Part shown: positions 1-9,702 of the stretch, piece by piece
Layout of the letters: every line of letters begins with the position of its first letter
How positions within the stretch are numbered: the first letter of the stretch is position 1
Assembly (NCBI GenBank): GCA_001769385.1
Contig: MEPB01000068.1
Location: 63,917 to 127,916, forward strand
DNA length: 64,000 nt
DNA from: Bacteroidetes bacterium RIFCSPLOWO2_12_FULL_35_15
Lineage (GTDB): Bacteria > Bacteroidota > Bacteroidia > 2-12-FULL-35-15
Direction: 5' to 3'
The notes under the pieces: generated by a model
The model's input: only the letters and a program-made list of their open reading frames with translations
Databases searched by the model: none
Told to the model about the DNA's origin: nothing
Translations under genes and position numbers: made by a program

Positions 1-1
1 A

Positions 2-901
2 GTTGAATCATATAAATACTCCCAAAACATATCTAATGAGTATTTTAGAAGAAATTCGCCTGACTTTATATATGCACAGGGATTTACGGGGTGGGAACTT
101 CTAAAGAAGAAGAAAAAAAAACGAAATAATATATCACCTATTGGAGTTAACTTTCATGGCTTAAACATGTTTCAACCTTCATTTGGGTGGAAGACAAAAT
201 TAAACAATGTGTTTTTTAAACCAGCTGTAAAGTATAATTTATTAAACGCTGACTGTGTTTTTTCTCTTGGAACTAATTTAAGTAATTTAATTTCTCACAT
301 TTCTAAAAATATTATTGAAATTCCAATTGGAATAGATAACACCTGGTTAGTAAATGAAGAAGAAATAACAAATAATGATATTGTTAATTTTATTTTTGTG
401 GGTAGATATGATGTTGTTAAAGGGATTGATATACTTAATAACTCATTAAAAAAGTTAATTGCAAGTGATGCTTCCTTTATGTTTAATTTTGTTGGACCTT
501 TTCCTGCGGAGGGTCAAATTAATGATAAAAGAGTAAAGTATTTTGGAGAAATTAAAAATAAAGCAGAGCTCAAAAATATTGTAAAAAAATCAGACGTTAT
601 AGTGTTAGCAAGCTATAGTGAAGGTATGCCTACTGTGATTATAGAAGCTATGGCTTGTGGCTTAGCTGTGTTATCAACCAATGTAGGTGTGATTGATGAA
701 TTAGTTGATGATGGTAATGGAATATTAATTATTCCCGGTGATAGTGACATACTTAAAAAGGCTTTATCTGATTTTATTAAAATAAGTCCTAAGAAGCTTT
801 TAGAAATGAAATTAAATTCAAGGAAGAAAGTTGAATTAAATTTTCTTTGGGACAAAATAATAAGCAAAACAATTTATCAAATTGAAAAATTTATTTCGTA
901 A
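2..901 (+). CDS. Glycosyltransferase family 4 (5'-truncated by window edge)
   Basis: Frame is open from base 2 through the listed ORF 167..901; GT-B C-terminal motifs FVGR...KG and SYSEGMPTVIIEAMACG. Confidence 0.9.
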   Translation, partial: VESYKYSQNISNEYFRRNSPDFIYAQGFTGWELLKKKKKKRNNISPIGVNFHGLNMFQPSFGWKTKLNNVFFKPAVKYNLLNADCVFSLGTNLSNLISHISKNIIEIPIGIDNTWLVNEEEITNNDIVNFIFVGRYDVVKGIDILNNSLKKLIASDASFMFNFVGPFPAEGQINDKRVKYFGEIKNKAELKNIVKKSDVIVLASYSEGMPTVIIEAMACGLAVLSTNVGVIDELVDDGNGILIIPGDSDILKKALSDFIKISPKKLLEMKLNSRKKVELNFLWDKIISKTIYQIEKFIS

Positions 902-925
902 TATTTTAAGTTAGAGCTAAAAAAC

Positions 926-1471
926 ATGAAAGTAATTAGGATATTTAAACTTCTTTTAAGCATTTTAAAACTGAAATTTCATCATGTAAATTTCAATCGT
1001 AAAATTCGTGAAAATGGAACTTACATTTATAATAAAGGGAAAATAACAATTGGCAAAAATGTTCATTTGCATTCTTTTCCTGATGGCTCTTGCCATAAAA
1101 CCGCATTAGCAACCTACTTCACTGATGCAATGATAGTAATAGGCGATAACTGTAATTTAAATGGCACTGCAATTCATTGTAATGAGAAAATCATTATTGG
1201 AAACAAATGCATGTTTGGACCGGGAACAATCATTGTTGACAATGATTCGCATAGGGTTGTGATTGACAATTTAGAAAGAAATCAAAAGCCAATAAGTAAG
1301 CCAATTGAAATTTGTGACAATGTTTGGATCGGCATGAATACTATTATTTTAAAAGGAGTTACTATTGGAGAGAATTCAATTGTTGCAGCCGGTTCTATTG
1401 TATTGAAGGATATTCCACCCAATAGTTTGTATGGAGGCCATCCGGCTGTATTTTTAAAGAAACTTAATTAA
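926..1471 (+). CDS. Hexapeptide-repeat (left-handed beta-helix) sugar O-acyltransferase
   Basis: IGDNC/IGNKC repeats and the VWIGMNTIILKGVTIGENSIVAAGSIV motif; polysaccharide locus context. Confidence 0.88.
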   Translation: MKVIRIFKLLLSILKLKFHHVNFNRKIRENGTYIYNKGKITIGKNVHLHSFPDGSCHKTALATYFTDAMIVIGDNCNLNGTAIHCNEKIIIGNKCMFGPGTIIVDNDSHRVVIDNLERNQKPISKPIEICDNVWIGMNTIILKGVTIGENSIVAAGSIVLKDIPPNSLYGGHPAVFLKKLN

Positions 1472-1558
1472 TGATTTTGTGGACTTTTTATTCAAATTAA
1501 CAAAAACTATTATCCGAAAACTATTGGTACTCTTTTAACTTTTTCCACCAAAAAAATG

Positions 1559-1566
1559 TAGTTTTG
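1559..1566 (+). promoter_or_regulatory. Bacteroidota sigma -7 element (TAGTTTTG) upstream of the DUF4956 gene
   Basis: Matches TAnnTTTG, 18 bp before the ATG at 1584. Confidence 0.5.
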
Positions 1567-1583
1567 TATAAAATCAAAAATAT

Positions 1584-2267
1584 ATGAACGAACTAAAAGC
1601 CTTTATAGCAGATAATCTTTCCGGTTTTTCACCAAAAGCCATTCCCGGATTTATTTTTAGTTTTATGGTGTGTGCCGTATTATCCTTTATATTAGGACGA
1701 TTGTACGTGAAATATGGTAATTCCTTATCAAACCGAAAATCATTTTCAAGAAATTTTATTGTATTGGCAATAACTACCATGTTCATTATTTCAGTAGTAA
1801 AATCCTCTTTGGCATTGTCATTGGGTTTGGTTGGTGCCTTGTCAATTGTCCGTTTTCGGTCTGCTATCAAAGAACCTGAAGAATTAACCTATTTGTTTTT
1901 AACTATTGCAATTGGCTTAGGTTGCGGAGCAGGATTGACCATTTTAACACTTATTGCTTTTATCGGATTTATGATCGTTATCTGGTTCAATAACCGATTC
2001 CAGAAAGATATTGAAACTCAAAATCTGTATCTGACTATTTCAAGTAATGCTCCTGCATCAATTGATCTGAAGAAAATCATTAATGAATTAAAAAAACATT
2101 GTTCCTCTATAAAATTGAAACGCAGTGATGAAAACGCTTCTACAATGGAAGCATCATTTTATGTCGAATTTGAGGATATTGAACAATTGGAAAATACAAA
2201 AAATGCTTTAAAAAACATTCACCCGTCCGTAGCAGTTACATTTATGGATAATACACGTGATCTATAA
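1584..2267 (+). CDS. DUF4956 family membrane protein
   Basis: Signature SLALSLGLVGALSIVRFRSAIKEPEELTYLF, several TM segments and a soluble C-terminal domain; adjacent to a VTC-domain gene, as is typical for this family. Confidence 0.85.
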   Translation: MNELKAFIADNLSGFSPKAIPGFIFSFMVCAVLSFILGRLYVKYGNSLSNRKSFSRNFIVLAITTMFIISVVKSSLALSLGLVGALSIVRFRSAIKEPEELTYLFLTIAIGLGCGAGLTILTLIAFIGFMIVIWFNNRFQKDIETQNLYLTISSNAPASIDLKKIINELKKHCSSIKLKRSDENASTMEASFYVEFEDIEQLENTKNALKNIHPSVAVTFMDNTRDL

Positions 2268-2310
2268 TTCTTTGAAGAGCAGTTTAAATTTTTTGATGCT
2301 AATTGTTATA

Positions 2311-2510
2311 GAAACCTCTCGCCTTTTTCACTCTTTCTCGACTCCGCTCGAAATAACATTGCTGGGGCAGGCGAAGGTGTCAAATGTCGAAGTGAGGAGG
2401 TCATCCTGAGTTTGTCGAAGGAGTGGGAAAGCCCACGCAGATATTTCGACAGGCTCAATATGACTACACACGCTTCGGTTCTGTTTCGAGTCGAGAAACG
2501 AGAGAGGGAT
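2311..2510. repeat. Nested composite palindromic (REP-like) element
   Basis: Outer arms TTTCTCGACTCCGCTCGAAATAACA / TGTTTCGAGTCGAGAAA enclose an inner pair GTCATCCTGAGTTTGTCGAAGG / TTTCGACAGGCTCAATATGAC. Confidence 0.6.
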
Positions 2511-2548
2511 AAATAAAATTATTTTAGTAAAATTAAAATAGCGATTTC

Positions 2549-3247
2549 ATGTCTCAATTAAATAATAATCAATCAGAGGAGTTGCGGCATGAACGCAAGT
2601 TTCTAATTACCGATTATTCAGCAGCTGAAGTAGAACAGATCATAAAATACAATCCAGCTTGTTTTACAGAGATATATCATCCGCGAACAGTAAATAATAT
2701 TTATTTTGATAGCTTGGGTTTTGAAAGTTATTATGGAAATATTGAAGGAGACGCAGATCGCAGCAAAGCCCGTATTCGTTGGTACGGGATTTTATTCGGA
2801 GAAATTGATCATGGTGTGCTTGAGTTTAAGATCAAAAAAGGCTTATTGGGAAAAAAAGATTATTATACGCTTGCTCCATTTACTTTAGATACAGATTTTT
2901 CGAAACAGCAAATAGTGAAGGCTCTGAGTAGGGATACAATTCCGAATCATATTCGCAATTCAGTTTTATCCATGCAGCCTTCCTTATTAAATTCATACTC
3001 CCGTAAATACTTTATTTCAGCAGATAAGCAATTCAGAATTACTATTGATAAAAATTTAACTTATTACAGGATATCCTATAACAACACTACATTTTTGAAT
3101 AAAGTTATTGATAATAAGTCGGTGGTGCTGGAATTAAAATATGATTCAATATTAGAGCCTGAAGCCAAAGAAATTGGAAATAAATTCCCCTTTAAAATGA
3201 CAAAAAATTCTAAGTATTTACAAGGGATAGAACGTGTTTTATTTTGA
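2549..3247 (+). CDS. VTC domain (polyphosphate polymerase-like, CYTH/TTM fold) protein
   Basis: RHERKF, NNIYFD, RSKARIRWYG, LEFKIK, FRITID, VLELKY and KNSKY motifs. Confidence 0.88.
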   Translation: MSQLNNNQSEELRHERKFLITDYSAAEVEQIIKYNPACFTEIYHPRTVNNIYFDSLGFESYYGNIEGDADRSKARIRWYGILFGEIDHGVLEFKIKKGLLGKKDYYTLAPFTLDTDFSKQQIVKALSRDTIPNHIRNSVLSMQPSLLNSYSRKYFISADKQFRITIDKNLTYYRISYNNTTFLNKVIDNKSVVLELKYDSILEPEAKEIGNKFPFKMTKNSKYLQGIERVLF

Positions 3248-3268
3248 TGTTTCGATTGGCAAATAGAA

Positions 3269-3923
3269 CTGTCATTTCGAACGGAATGCAATGAAGAGAG
3301 AAATCTGCTTATCGAGGTGAGATTTCTCCCAGAGTTTATCCTGAGCGGAGTCGAAGGAGTCGAAATGCCATTAATAACTGGCATTTCGATCGGAATGTAA
3401 TGAAGAGAGAAATCTCATTTCGCAAAGAAGAGATTTCTCCTTGGCAGTCGAAATGACATTAGGGGACTGTCATTTCGATCGGAATTTAATGAAGAGAGAA
3501 ATCTCATTTCACGAAGGAGAGATTTCTCCTTGGCAGTCGAAATGACATTAGGGGACTGTCATTTCGAACGGAATGCAATGAAGAGAGAAATCTGCTTATC
3601 GAGGTGAGATTTCTCCCAGAGTTTATCCTGAGCGGAGTCGAAGGTGTCGAAATGCCATTAATAACTGTCATTTCGATCGGAATGCAATGAAGAGAGAAAT
3701 ATCATTTCGCAAAGAAGAGATTTCTCCTTGGCAGTCGAAATGACATTAGGGGACTGTCATTTCGAACGGAATGCAATGAAGAGAAGAAATCTCATTTCGT
3801 GAAGGAGAGATTTCTCCTTGGCAGTCGAAATGACATTAGGGGACTGTCATTTCGAACGGAATGTAATGAAGAGAGAAATCTCATTTCACGAAGAAAATTT
3901 TTCTCCTTGGCAGTCGAAATGAT
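3269..3923 (+). repeat. Tandem array of 7 palindromic units (family A: CTGTCATTTCGAACGGAATGCAATGAAGAGAGAAATCT-N13/15-AGATTTCTCC-x-GTCGAAATGACA)
   Basis: Units start at about 3269, 3378, 3467, 3556, 3665, 3754 and 3844; period about 89 bp, or about 109 bp when an insert is present. Confidence 0.95.
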
Positions 3924-3941
3924 ACACAATTACATTTTTAA

Positions 3942-5708
3942 ATGAAACCACTTTTAGAAACAAAAAAAAAATTATCACTAAAGCTAAAAGCGTTTATAAC
4001 ACTTTTTGTTGTTATTGTTGTTCTTGCATTTGTGTTTACGTTAAAATTTTCCGGTAATTCAAAAAAGGATTTTGCAAACCTACATTATTCAAAAAATGTA
4101 ATAGCTCCTATAAGCTCATCAGAAGGAGGGTTTTACAAAACAGCATTTACAATTAATCTATCTACTATTGATTTAAATACTCAAATTTATTATACCCTTG
4201 ATGGATCAGAACCTACACTGGCATCTACTTTATATTCAAAGCCAATTTTAATTGAAGACAGAACAGAGAATAAAAATTATTTATCAGCTATACCTACTTC
4301 GCCACGCTGGAAACCACCAATTGGTACTATTTTTAAAGGAACAGTTTTACGTGCGATCGCAATTGATGGGGAAAACAAAAAAAGTGCAGAATTGATAAAA
4401 ACATTTTTTGTAAATGAAAAAGGAAACCAACGTTATTCCTTGCCGGTTATCTCTATTACGGTGAATTCAAAAGAATTATTTGGTTATAACAGAGGTATTT
4501 ATGTTCTAGGGAAAAGCTATTCAGATAAAGATAATTACATACGAAAAAATATTCCCTTGGATCTTCCCTGGTGGGAATATCCTTCCAATTACCTGATGCG
4601 TGGTGCAGATGCAGAAAGAGAAGCTCATATAGAGTTTTATGAACCCTCAGGTAAATTGGGCTTTGAATCAACAGTGGGTCTGAGAATACACGGAAACGCT
4701 ACACGTGGGTATCCTCAAAAATCATTACGCGTTTGTTTCCGGGAAAAATACGGACAATCAGAATTGAATTATAATCTGTTCCCTGCAAATCCGGTAAAAA
4801 AATTCAGTTCTTTTATTTTGAGAAATTCAGGTAATGATTGGGACAAAACAATGTTTCGTGATGGATTCATGCAATCGCTGATGAAAAATTCTTCTATCGA
4901 TATACAAGATTATCGTCCTTCTATTGTTTTTATCAATGCCGAATATTGGGGAATACATAATATCAGGGAACGTTTTGATGAGAACTATTTAGCAAATAAA
5001 TACAATTTAAGTCCAGATAGTGTTATTATTCTGGAGATGAGTGGGAAATTGGTCAGGGGACAAAAAGGGGAGGAGCAAAAGTTTACAGAATTATTGAATT
5101 TCGTTTCGAAAAATGATCTTTCCATCCAGAAAAATTATGACTATGTAAGATCAAAAATGGAGATAGAAAGCTTTTCAGATTTTGTGATTGCAAATGTCTA
5201 TTTCTGTAATAGTGATTGGCCAAATAATAATGTACGGTTTTGGAGATATAATTCGGAGTCGGTAGCAGATAGCCTAGTAAAAAAAGAGGGTAAATGGCGA
5301 TGGATGTTGTATGATACAGACTGGGGTTTTGGATATAATGATTTGAGTTCACCAAAATCTAATTTACTCGAAAAAGCAACACGAGTGGGAAGCGTTGGGA
5401 TCTTATTTAGTGAGTTACTAAAAAATAAAGAATTTGTTTCCCAATTTTTAGATCGTTTTCAGCACCATTTAAATACCAGTTTTTATATCCCTTATGTTAA
5501 TCAAAAGATCGATCAAATGAAGTATTCAATTTCTCCTGAAATCCAAGAACATATTGATCGTTGGAGAGGAATTGGTTCCTATGAAAAGTGGCTTTCTAAT
5601 ATTGGTGTTTTAAAGGACTTCGCAGAACAAAGGCCTTCATTTCAGGCAGATCAATTAAATACATTTTTTAATTTAAAAGGGAAGCAACAAATTATCATAA
5701 AAAAGTAG
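3942..5708 (+). CDS. CotH kinase family protein with N-terminal membrane anchor and Fn3-associated/chitobiase-like domain
   Basis: IYYTLDGSEP, GLRIHGNATR, LRNSGND, YWGIHNIRE, NSDWPNNN and WRWMLYDTDWGFG motifs. Confidence 0.88.
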   Translation: MKPLLETKKKLSLKLKAFITLFVVIVVLAFVFTLKFSGNSKKDFANLHYSKNVIAPISSSEGGFYKTAFTINLSTIDLNTQIYYTLDGSEPTLASTLYSKPILIEDRTENKNYLSAIPTSPRWKPPIGTIFKGTVLRAIAIDGENKKSAELIKTFFVNEKGNQRYSLPVISITVNSKELFGYNRGIYVLGKSYSDKDNYIRKNIPLDLPWWEYPSNYLMRGADAEREAHIEFYEPSGKLGFESTVGLRIHGNATRGYPQKSLRVCFREKYGQSELNYNLFPANPVKKFSSFILRNSGNDWDKTMFRDGFMQSLMKNSSIDIQDYRPSIVFINAEYWGIHNIRERFDENYLANKYNLSPDSVIILEMSGKLVRGQKGEEQKFTELLNFVSKNDLSIQKNYDYVRSKMEIESFSDFVIANVYFCNSDWPNNNVRFWRYNSESVADSLVKKEGKWRWMLYDTDWGFGYNDLSSPKSNLLEKATRVGSVGILFSELLKNKEFVSQFLDRFQHHLNTSFYIPYVNQKIDQMKYSISPEIQEHIDRWRGIGSYEKWLSNIGVLKDFAEQRPSFQADQLNTFFNLKGKQQIIIKK

Positions 5709-5755
5709 GGCAAAACTCTATTTTGCCGTATATTTGAAGGTAAATTATTTTTATT

Positions 5756-7096
5756 GTGGTAGCATATTACAAAGCAAACTTTCAACTTTTTTCTATTTTT
5801 TTTATTTGGCTGATTATTGGAAAATATGCTCCGGTAATTTCCTATGCGGTGATCCCTATTACGATGTTTTTGATGTACAAAAAGGGAATGATAGAGGAAT
5901 TATTGATCGGATATTTTTTCATACTTATTCTATCTGATAGTTTAGAGGATTCTTTGTTTTTTGCTAAAAATGTCAAAAATATTTACATCAGTGTTTTGGC
6001 TGTTTTTTTCTTTTTTGACACCAAAAATTTCCAGCCCTTAAATAAGCTGTATAAACTGTATGTTCCTTTCTTTATTTTTGCACTTTTTACCATATCCATT
6101 AGTCTTTTTGAGCCATTTTTCTTTACCGGTTTTCAAAAAACCATTTCTTTTGCCATTTCATTAATGATCATCCCTAATTTTATTACCAGGCTGTATAGAG
6201 AAGGAGGGGGATTGTTTTTAAAACGAATTGTTTTTTTTGCGGTCACAATTTTGATAATCGGTTTTATTCTGAAATATGTCGCTCATGATTTTGCGTATTT
6301 AGAAAATGGACGATACCGTGGATTTTTGGGTAGTCCTAATGGTTTAGGAATATACAGTGTTTTAACGTTTATTATTTTTTTTGTTATCGATTATTTTTTT
6401 CCTTCCTTATTTACTAAACAGGAAAGAATTATTCTGATTGGGGCAATATTACTTTCCATCTTTCTTTCGGGATCCCGTAATAGCGTTTTTGCTATTCTTA
6501 TATTTTATTTTTTTCAACGTTTTTTTAGTGTATCTCCCTTCTTGGGTTTTATTCTATTTCTTTTAACTTTATTCGTTTCGGAACTAATTAGTACAAATCT
6601 CTCTTCTATATTAAATTCGATTGGGCTAGGGGAGTTTTTCAGAACAAAAACCTTGGAAGAAGGTAGCGGAAGATATATTGCATGGAACTTTGCATGGATT
6701 CACATTCAACAGAATTTTTTTATTGGGAAAGGTTTTGCCTACAACGAATTTTATATGCGCCAATATTACGCCTTGTTATCAAAGTTAGGACATCAGGGAG
6801 GGATACATAATTCTTTTTTAACATTTTGGATGGATCAGGGCTTGATAGGCTTATTAATATATTTGAGATCCTATATTTTAATGTTCATTAAATCCGCAAA
6901 ACAAACTAAGTTCGCATATCCGATACTCTTTGCTCTCTCTTTTACGGCAATTTTTGAGTCATGGTTGGTAGCGTCATTGAGTCCGTTTGCATTTCTGGCG
7001 ATTTTTATTTTTACGATCATTACAAGTGATGAAATTGTTCCACAAGAATATATGGTAAGTAAAGAACAAGCTCTAATTAAAGAACCTGTTATATGA
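5756..7096 (+). CDS. O-antigen polymerase/ligase (Wzy/WaaL-like)
   Basis: Multi-TM protein with R..G..G.PNGLG, LSGSRNS, SGR and HNSFL...GLIG motifs; GTG start preceded by TATATTTG (5729-5736). Confidence 0.82.
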   Translation: MVAYYKANFQLFSIFFIWLIIGKYAPVISYAVIPITMFLMYKKGMIEELLIGYFFILILSDSLEDSLFFAKNVKNIYISVLAVFFFFDTKNFQPLNKLYKLYVPFFIFALFTISISLFEPFFFTGFQKTISFAISLMIIPNFITRLYREGGGLFLKRIVFFAVTILIIGFILKYVAHDFAYLENGRYRGFLGSPNGLGIYSVLTFIIFFVIDYFFPSLFTKQERIILIGAILLSIFLSGSRNSVFAILIFYFFQRFFSVSPFLGFILFLLTLFVSELISTNLSSILNSIGLGEFFRTKTLEEGSGRYIAWNFAWIHIQQNFFIGKGFAYNEFYMRQYYALLSKLGHQGGIHNSFLTFWMDQGLIGLLIYLRSYILMFIKSAKQTKFAYPILFALSFTAIFESWLVASLSPFAFLAIFIFTIITSDEIVPQEYMVSKEQALIKEPVI

Positions 7097-9702
7097 AAAT
7101 AAACGATTCTTATAAACATAAGTTTTCCAATAACACATCAAAAAATAGTTTTTTTGGAAAACATGTTTTTACAAAGCGAACTCTCTTTTTGACTATAAGT
7201 AGTGTAATTTTTGTTTTCGGTTACCTTGCATCCAATTTTATTAAAAAAAAGGGATATACCGGTTTATGGGATTTCACAACTACAATTACGTCAAATTATG
7301 TTAAAGGATTAAGAGCCAATCCTGAAAATATTTCGATAGAGATAAAAGAAAAAGATTTTAAAAAGTTAGAAAAAAATAGAAAACAAGCCCTTGAACGCGG
7401 TGTGATCATCAATGATCTGGATGGCGATTATGTATCAGCAACGATTGAATACAATGGAAAAAAGATAGATGTAAAATTGCGGTTGAAGGGTCATATGACG
7501 GATCATTTGCAAAAAGATAAATGGTCCTTTCGGGTAAAAGTAAAAGACAAGGATTCATTTATAGGGATGAAACGATTTAGTTTGCAACATCCGGGTACGC
7601 GGGGATATATTTACGAATGGATCTATCATCAACTGATGAAACAGGAAGGAATTATCGCCCTTCGTTATAAATTTATGAATGTAACTGTCAACGGACGGGA
7701 TTGGGGAATCTATTGTGTGGAAGAAAATTTCGATAAAGAATTGATAGAAAATAACAATCGAAAAGCAGGACCAATCATTCGTTTTAATCCGGATCTGTAT
7801 TGGGTGGATAGATTAAATGAACTGGAAGGAGAAAAGCCGGTTGCTGAGTATGCTTCCTATTATTCTGCAAATGTAGAAGCTTATCGTGAGGATAAGGTAT
7901 TGGAAGATTCTACTCAAAAACAGTATTATTTGAAAGCAATTGCATTGATGGAAGGTTTTCGGAATCGAAAATTAAAGGCGGATGCTGTTTTTGATATTGA
8001 AAAATTGGCAAAATTTCATGCGATTATCGATCTGGTAGGTGGTCAGCACAGTATAGATTGGAGCGACATAAAGTATTATTATAATCCGGTTTCTGCAAAA
8101 TTAGAGCCGGTTGCTTATGAAAGTTTTACTGTATTTCCTTTTCGGGATATTTCCGGAAATTACAAATTTGTTATACCCGACAGTAATGAATACTATGAAG
8201 ATCTGCATACCGCTCTGTTTAGTGATCCTGAATTCTTCAAGGCTTATATTGTAAATTTAGAAAGGATATCGGAATCCACTTATCTCGATAACTATTTTGA
8301 TGATGTTAAAAAAGAATTGAATGAAAATCTGGCAATTCTTTACAAAGAATTTCCCTATAAAAAATTTGATAAACAAGGTTATTATCAAAATCAAGTAATG
8401 ATTAAAAAAATACTTAACGTACCTAAATCAATACATGCTTACTTCAGTAATTTTTCAAATGGAAGGATTACATTGCAAATAGGAGCAATAGAATCTTTGC
8501 CTGTTGAAATAAAATCTATTTTAATTGAGGGGAAATATTCATTTCCTTCTTCTCCAATAGTTTTAGCTGCAAAGCAACAAAATAGATATGTTAATTATAA
8601 GGAATATTCTTTCACATTGCCTGCTGGGATGGTTTGGAAGGATTCTTTACTTCAATACATCAAAATTAATTATTCTATTTTAGGATATTCAGTTCAACAG
8701 GAATCAAAGGTATTTCCTTTCCCTCATACCGATACCGAATTTATTTCAACAGATCTGAAAAACAAACAAAGTACTATAAATGAATTTTCATTTTTAATAG
8801 TAGATGAAAATACAAAATCAATATTTTTAAAATCCGGAAAACTGACCATTAGTAGCGATCTGATTATTCCTAAAGGATATAAAGTTTTTGCAAATTCAGG
8901 TGTTTCGATTGACGTTAAAAATTACGCAAAAATAATTTCATATTCAGCATTGTTTTTAACCGGAACAGAAGATGAACCATTTGTGATAGAATCAAGTGAT
9001 TCAACATTTCAGGGAATCGAAATTATAGATGCTAGTAAATCGAAGTTTAGCTATGTTACTTTTAAGAACCTTCCAAAGATACACGATGAACAATGGGCAA
9101 GAAGTGGTGCTCTGACATTTTATGAATCACCTGTTGAATTTAATAATTGTAGTTTTTATAATAGTAAGGCCGAAGATGCTGTAAATTTAATTCGCTCAAC
9201 ATTTTCATTTAAAAAATGTTTGTTTCACAGCATGCATAATGATGCTATTGATATTGACTTTTCGGAAGGTGTAGTTTCGAATTGTGTGTTTGAAAACTGC
9301 GATGAAAACTCCTTGGATATCACAATGGGAAAAGTAAACGTTAATTCGATATACATAAATGGAGCTGGAAACAAGGGATTAAATATAAAAGCCGGAACAC
9401 AGTTTAATGGTAATGATGTACGAATAAAAAACGCTAATATTGCTATTTCTGCTGAAGATCGGTCTTCTGTTGATTTGACTGATGTTAGTATTTCAGATTC
9501 TAAAATAGGCCTGGTTGCATATAAAAATAAACCGGGAGCCGGTCATCCAACAATAAGTGTGTCAGGATTGGTTTTGTCAAATGTAAAAAAGAACTACTTA
9601 AAAGAAAAAGAATCCACTATTAGTGCTAATGGGATCACCATTGGTGATGAAATGAATGACGTAGAAACACTACTTAAAGGTGATAAAAAGAAACGTAAAT
9701 AA
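7093..9702 (+). CDS. CotH kinase family protein with C-terminal right-handed beta-helix
   Basis: KLRLKGH..DH, WSFRVK, WGIYCVEE, KYYYNP..KLEPVAYE; C-terminal parallel beta-helix repeats (EDAVNL, NDAIDIDFS). Confidence 0.8.
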   Translation: MKINDSYKHKFSNNTSKNSFFGKHVFTKRTLFLTISSVIFVFGYLASNFIKKKGYTGLWDFTTTITSNYVKGLRANPENISIEIKEKDFKKLEKNRKQALERGVIINDLDGDYVSATIEYNGKKIDVKLRLKGHMTDHLQKDKWSFRVKVKDKDSFIGMKRFSLQHPGTRGYIYEWIYHQLMKQEGIIALRYKFMNVTVNGRDWGIYCVEENFDKELIENNNRKAGPIIRFNPDLYWVDRLNELEGEKPVAEYASYYSANVEAYREDKVLEDSTQKQYYLKAIALMEGFRNRKLKADAVFDIEKLAKFHAIIDLVGGQHSIDWSDIKYYYNPVSAKLEPVAYESFTVFPFRDISGNYKFVIPDSNEYYEDLHTALFSDPEFFKAYIVNLERISESTYLDNYFDDVKKELNENLAILYKEFPYKKFDKQGYYQNQVMIKKILNVPKSIHAYFSNFSNGRITLQIGAIESLPVEIKSILIEGKYSFPSSPIVLAAKQQNRYVNYKEYSFTLPAGMVWKDSLLQYIKINYSILGYSVQQESKVFPFPHTDTEFISTDLKNKQSTINEFSFLIVDENTKSIFLKSGKLTISSDLIIPKGYKVFANSGVSIDVKNYAKIISYSALFLTGTEDEPFVIESSDSTFQGIEIIDASKSKFSYVTFKNLPKIHDEQWARSGALTFYESPVEFNNCSFYNSKAEDAVNLIRSTFSFKKCLFHSMHNDAIDIDFSEGVVSNCVFENCDENSLDITMGKVNVNSIYINGAGNKGLNIKAGTQFNGNDVRIKNANIAISAEDRSSVDLTDVSISDSKIGLVAYKNKPGAGHPTISVSGLVLSNVKKNYLKEKESTISANGITIGDEMNDVETLLKGDKKKRK

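Noticed and set aside
1-1471. Distinct horizontally acquired island from very AT-rich first two genes
   Set aside because: Low GC is routine for variable polysaccharide genes and no boundary or mobility signal is visible within the window.
3076-3384. 102-aa minus-strand ORF
   Set aside because: Antisense to the VTC gene and running into the repeat array; no protein-like features.
3269-3923. CRISPR array
   Set aside because: The variable segments are only 6-30 bp and recur between units, the units are long nested palindromes dispersed at many loci in both orientations, and no cas genes are present.
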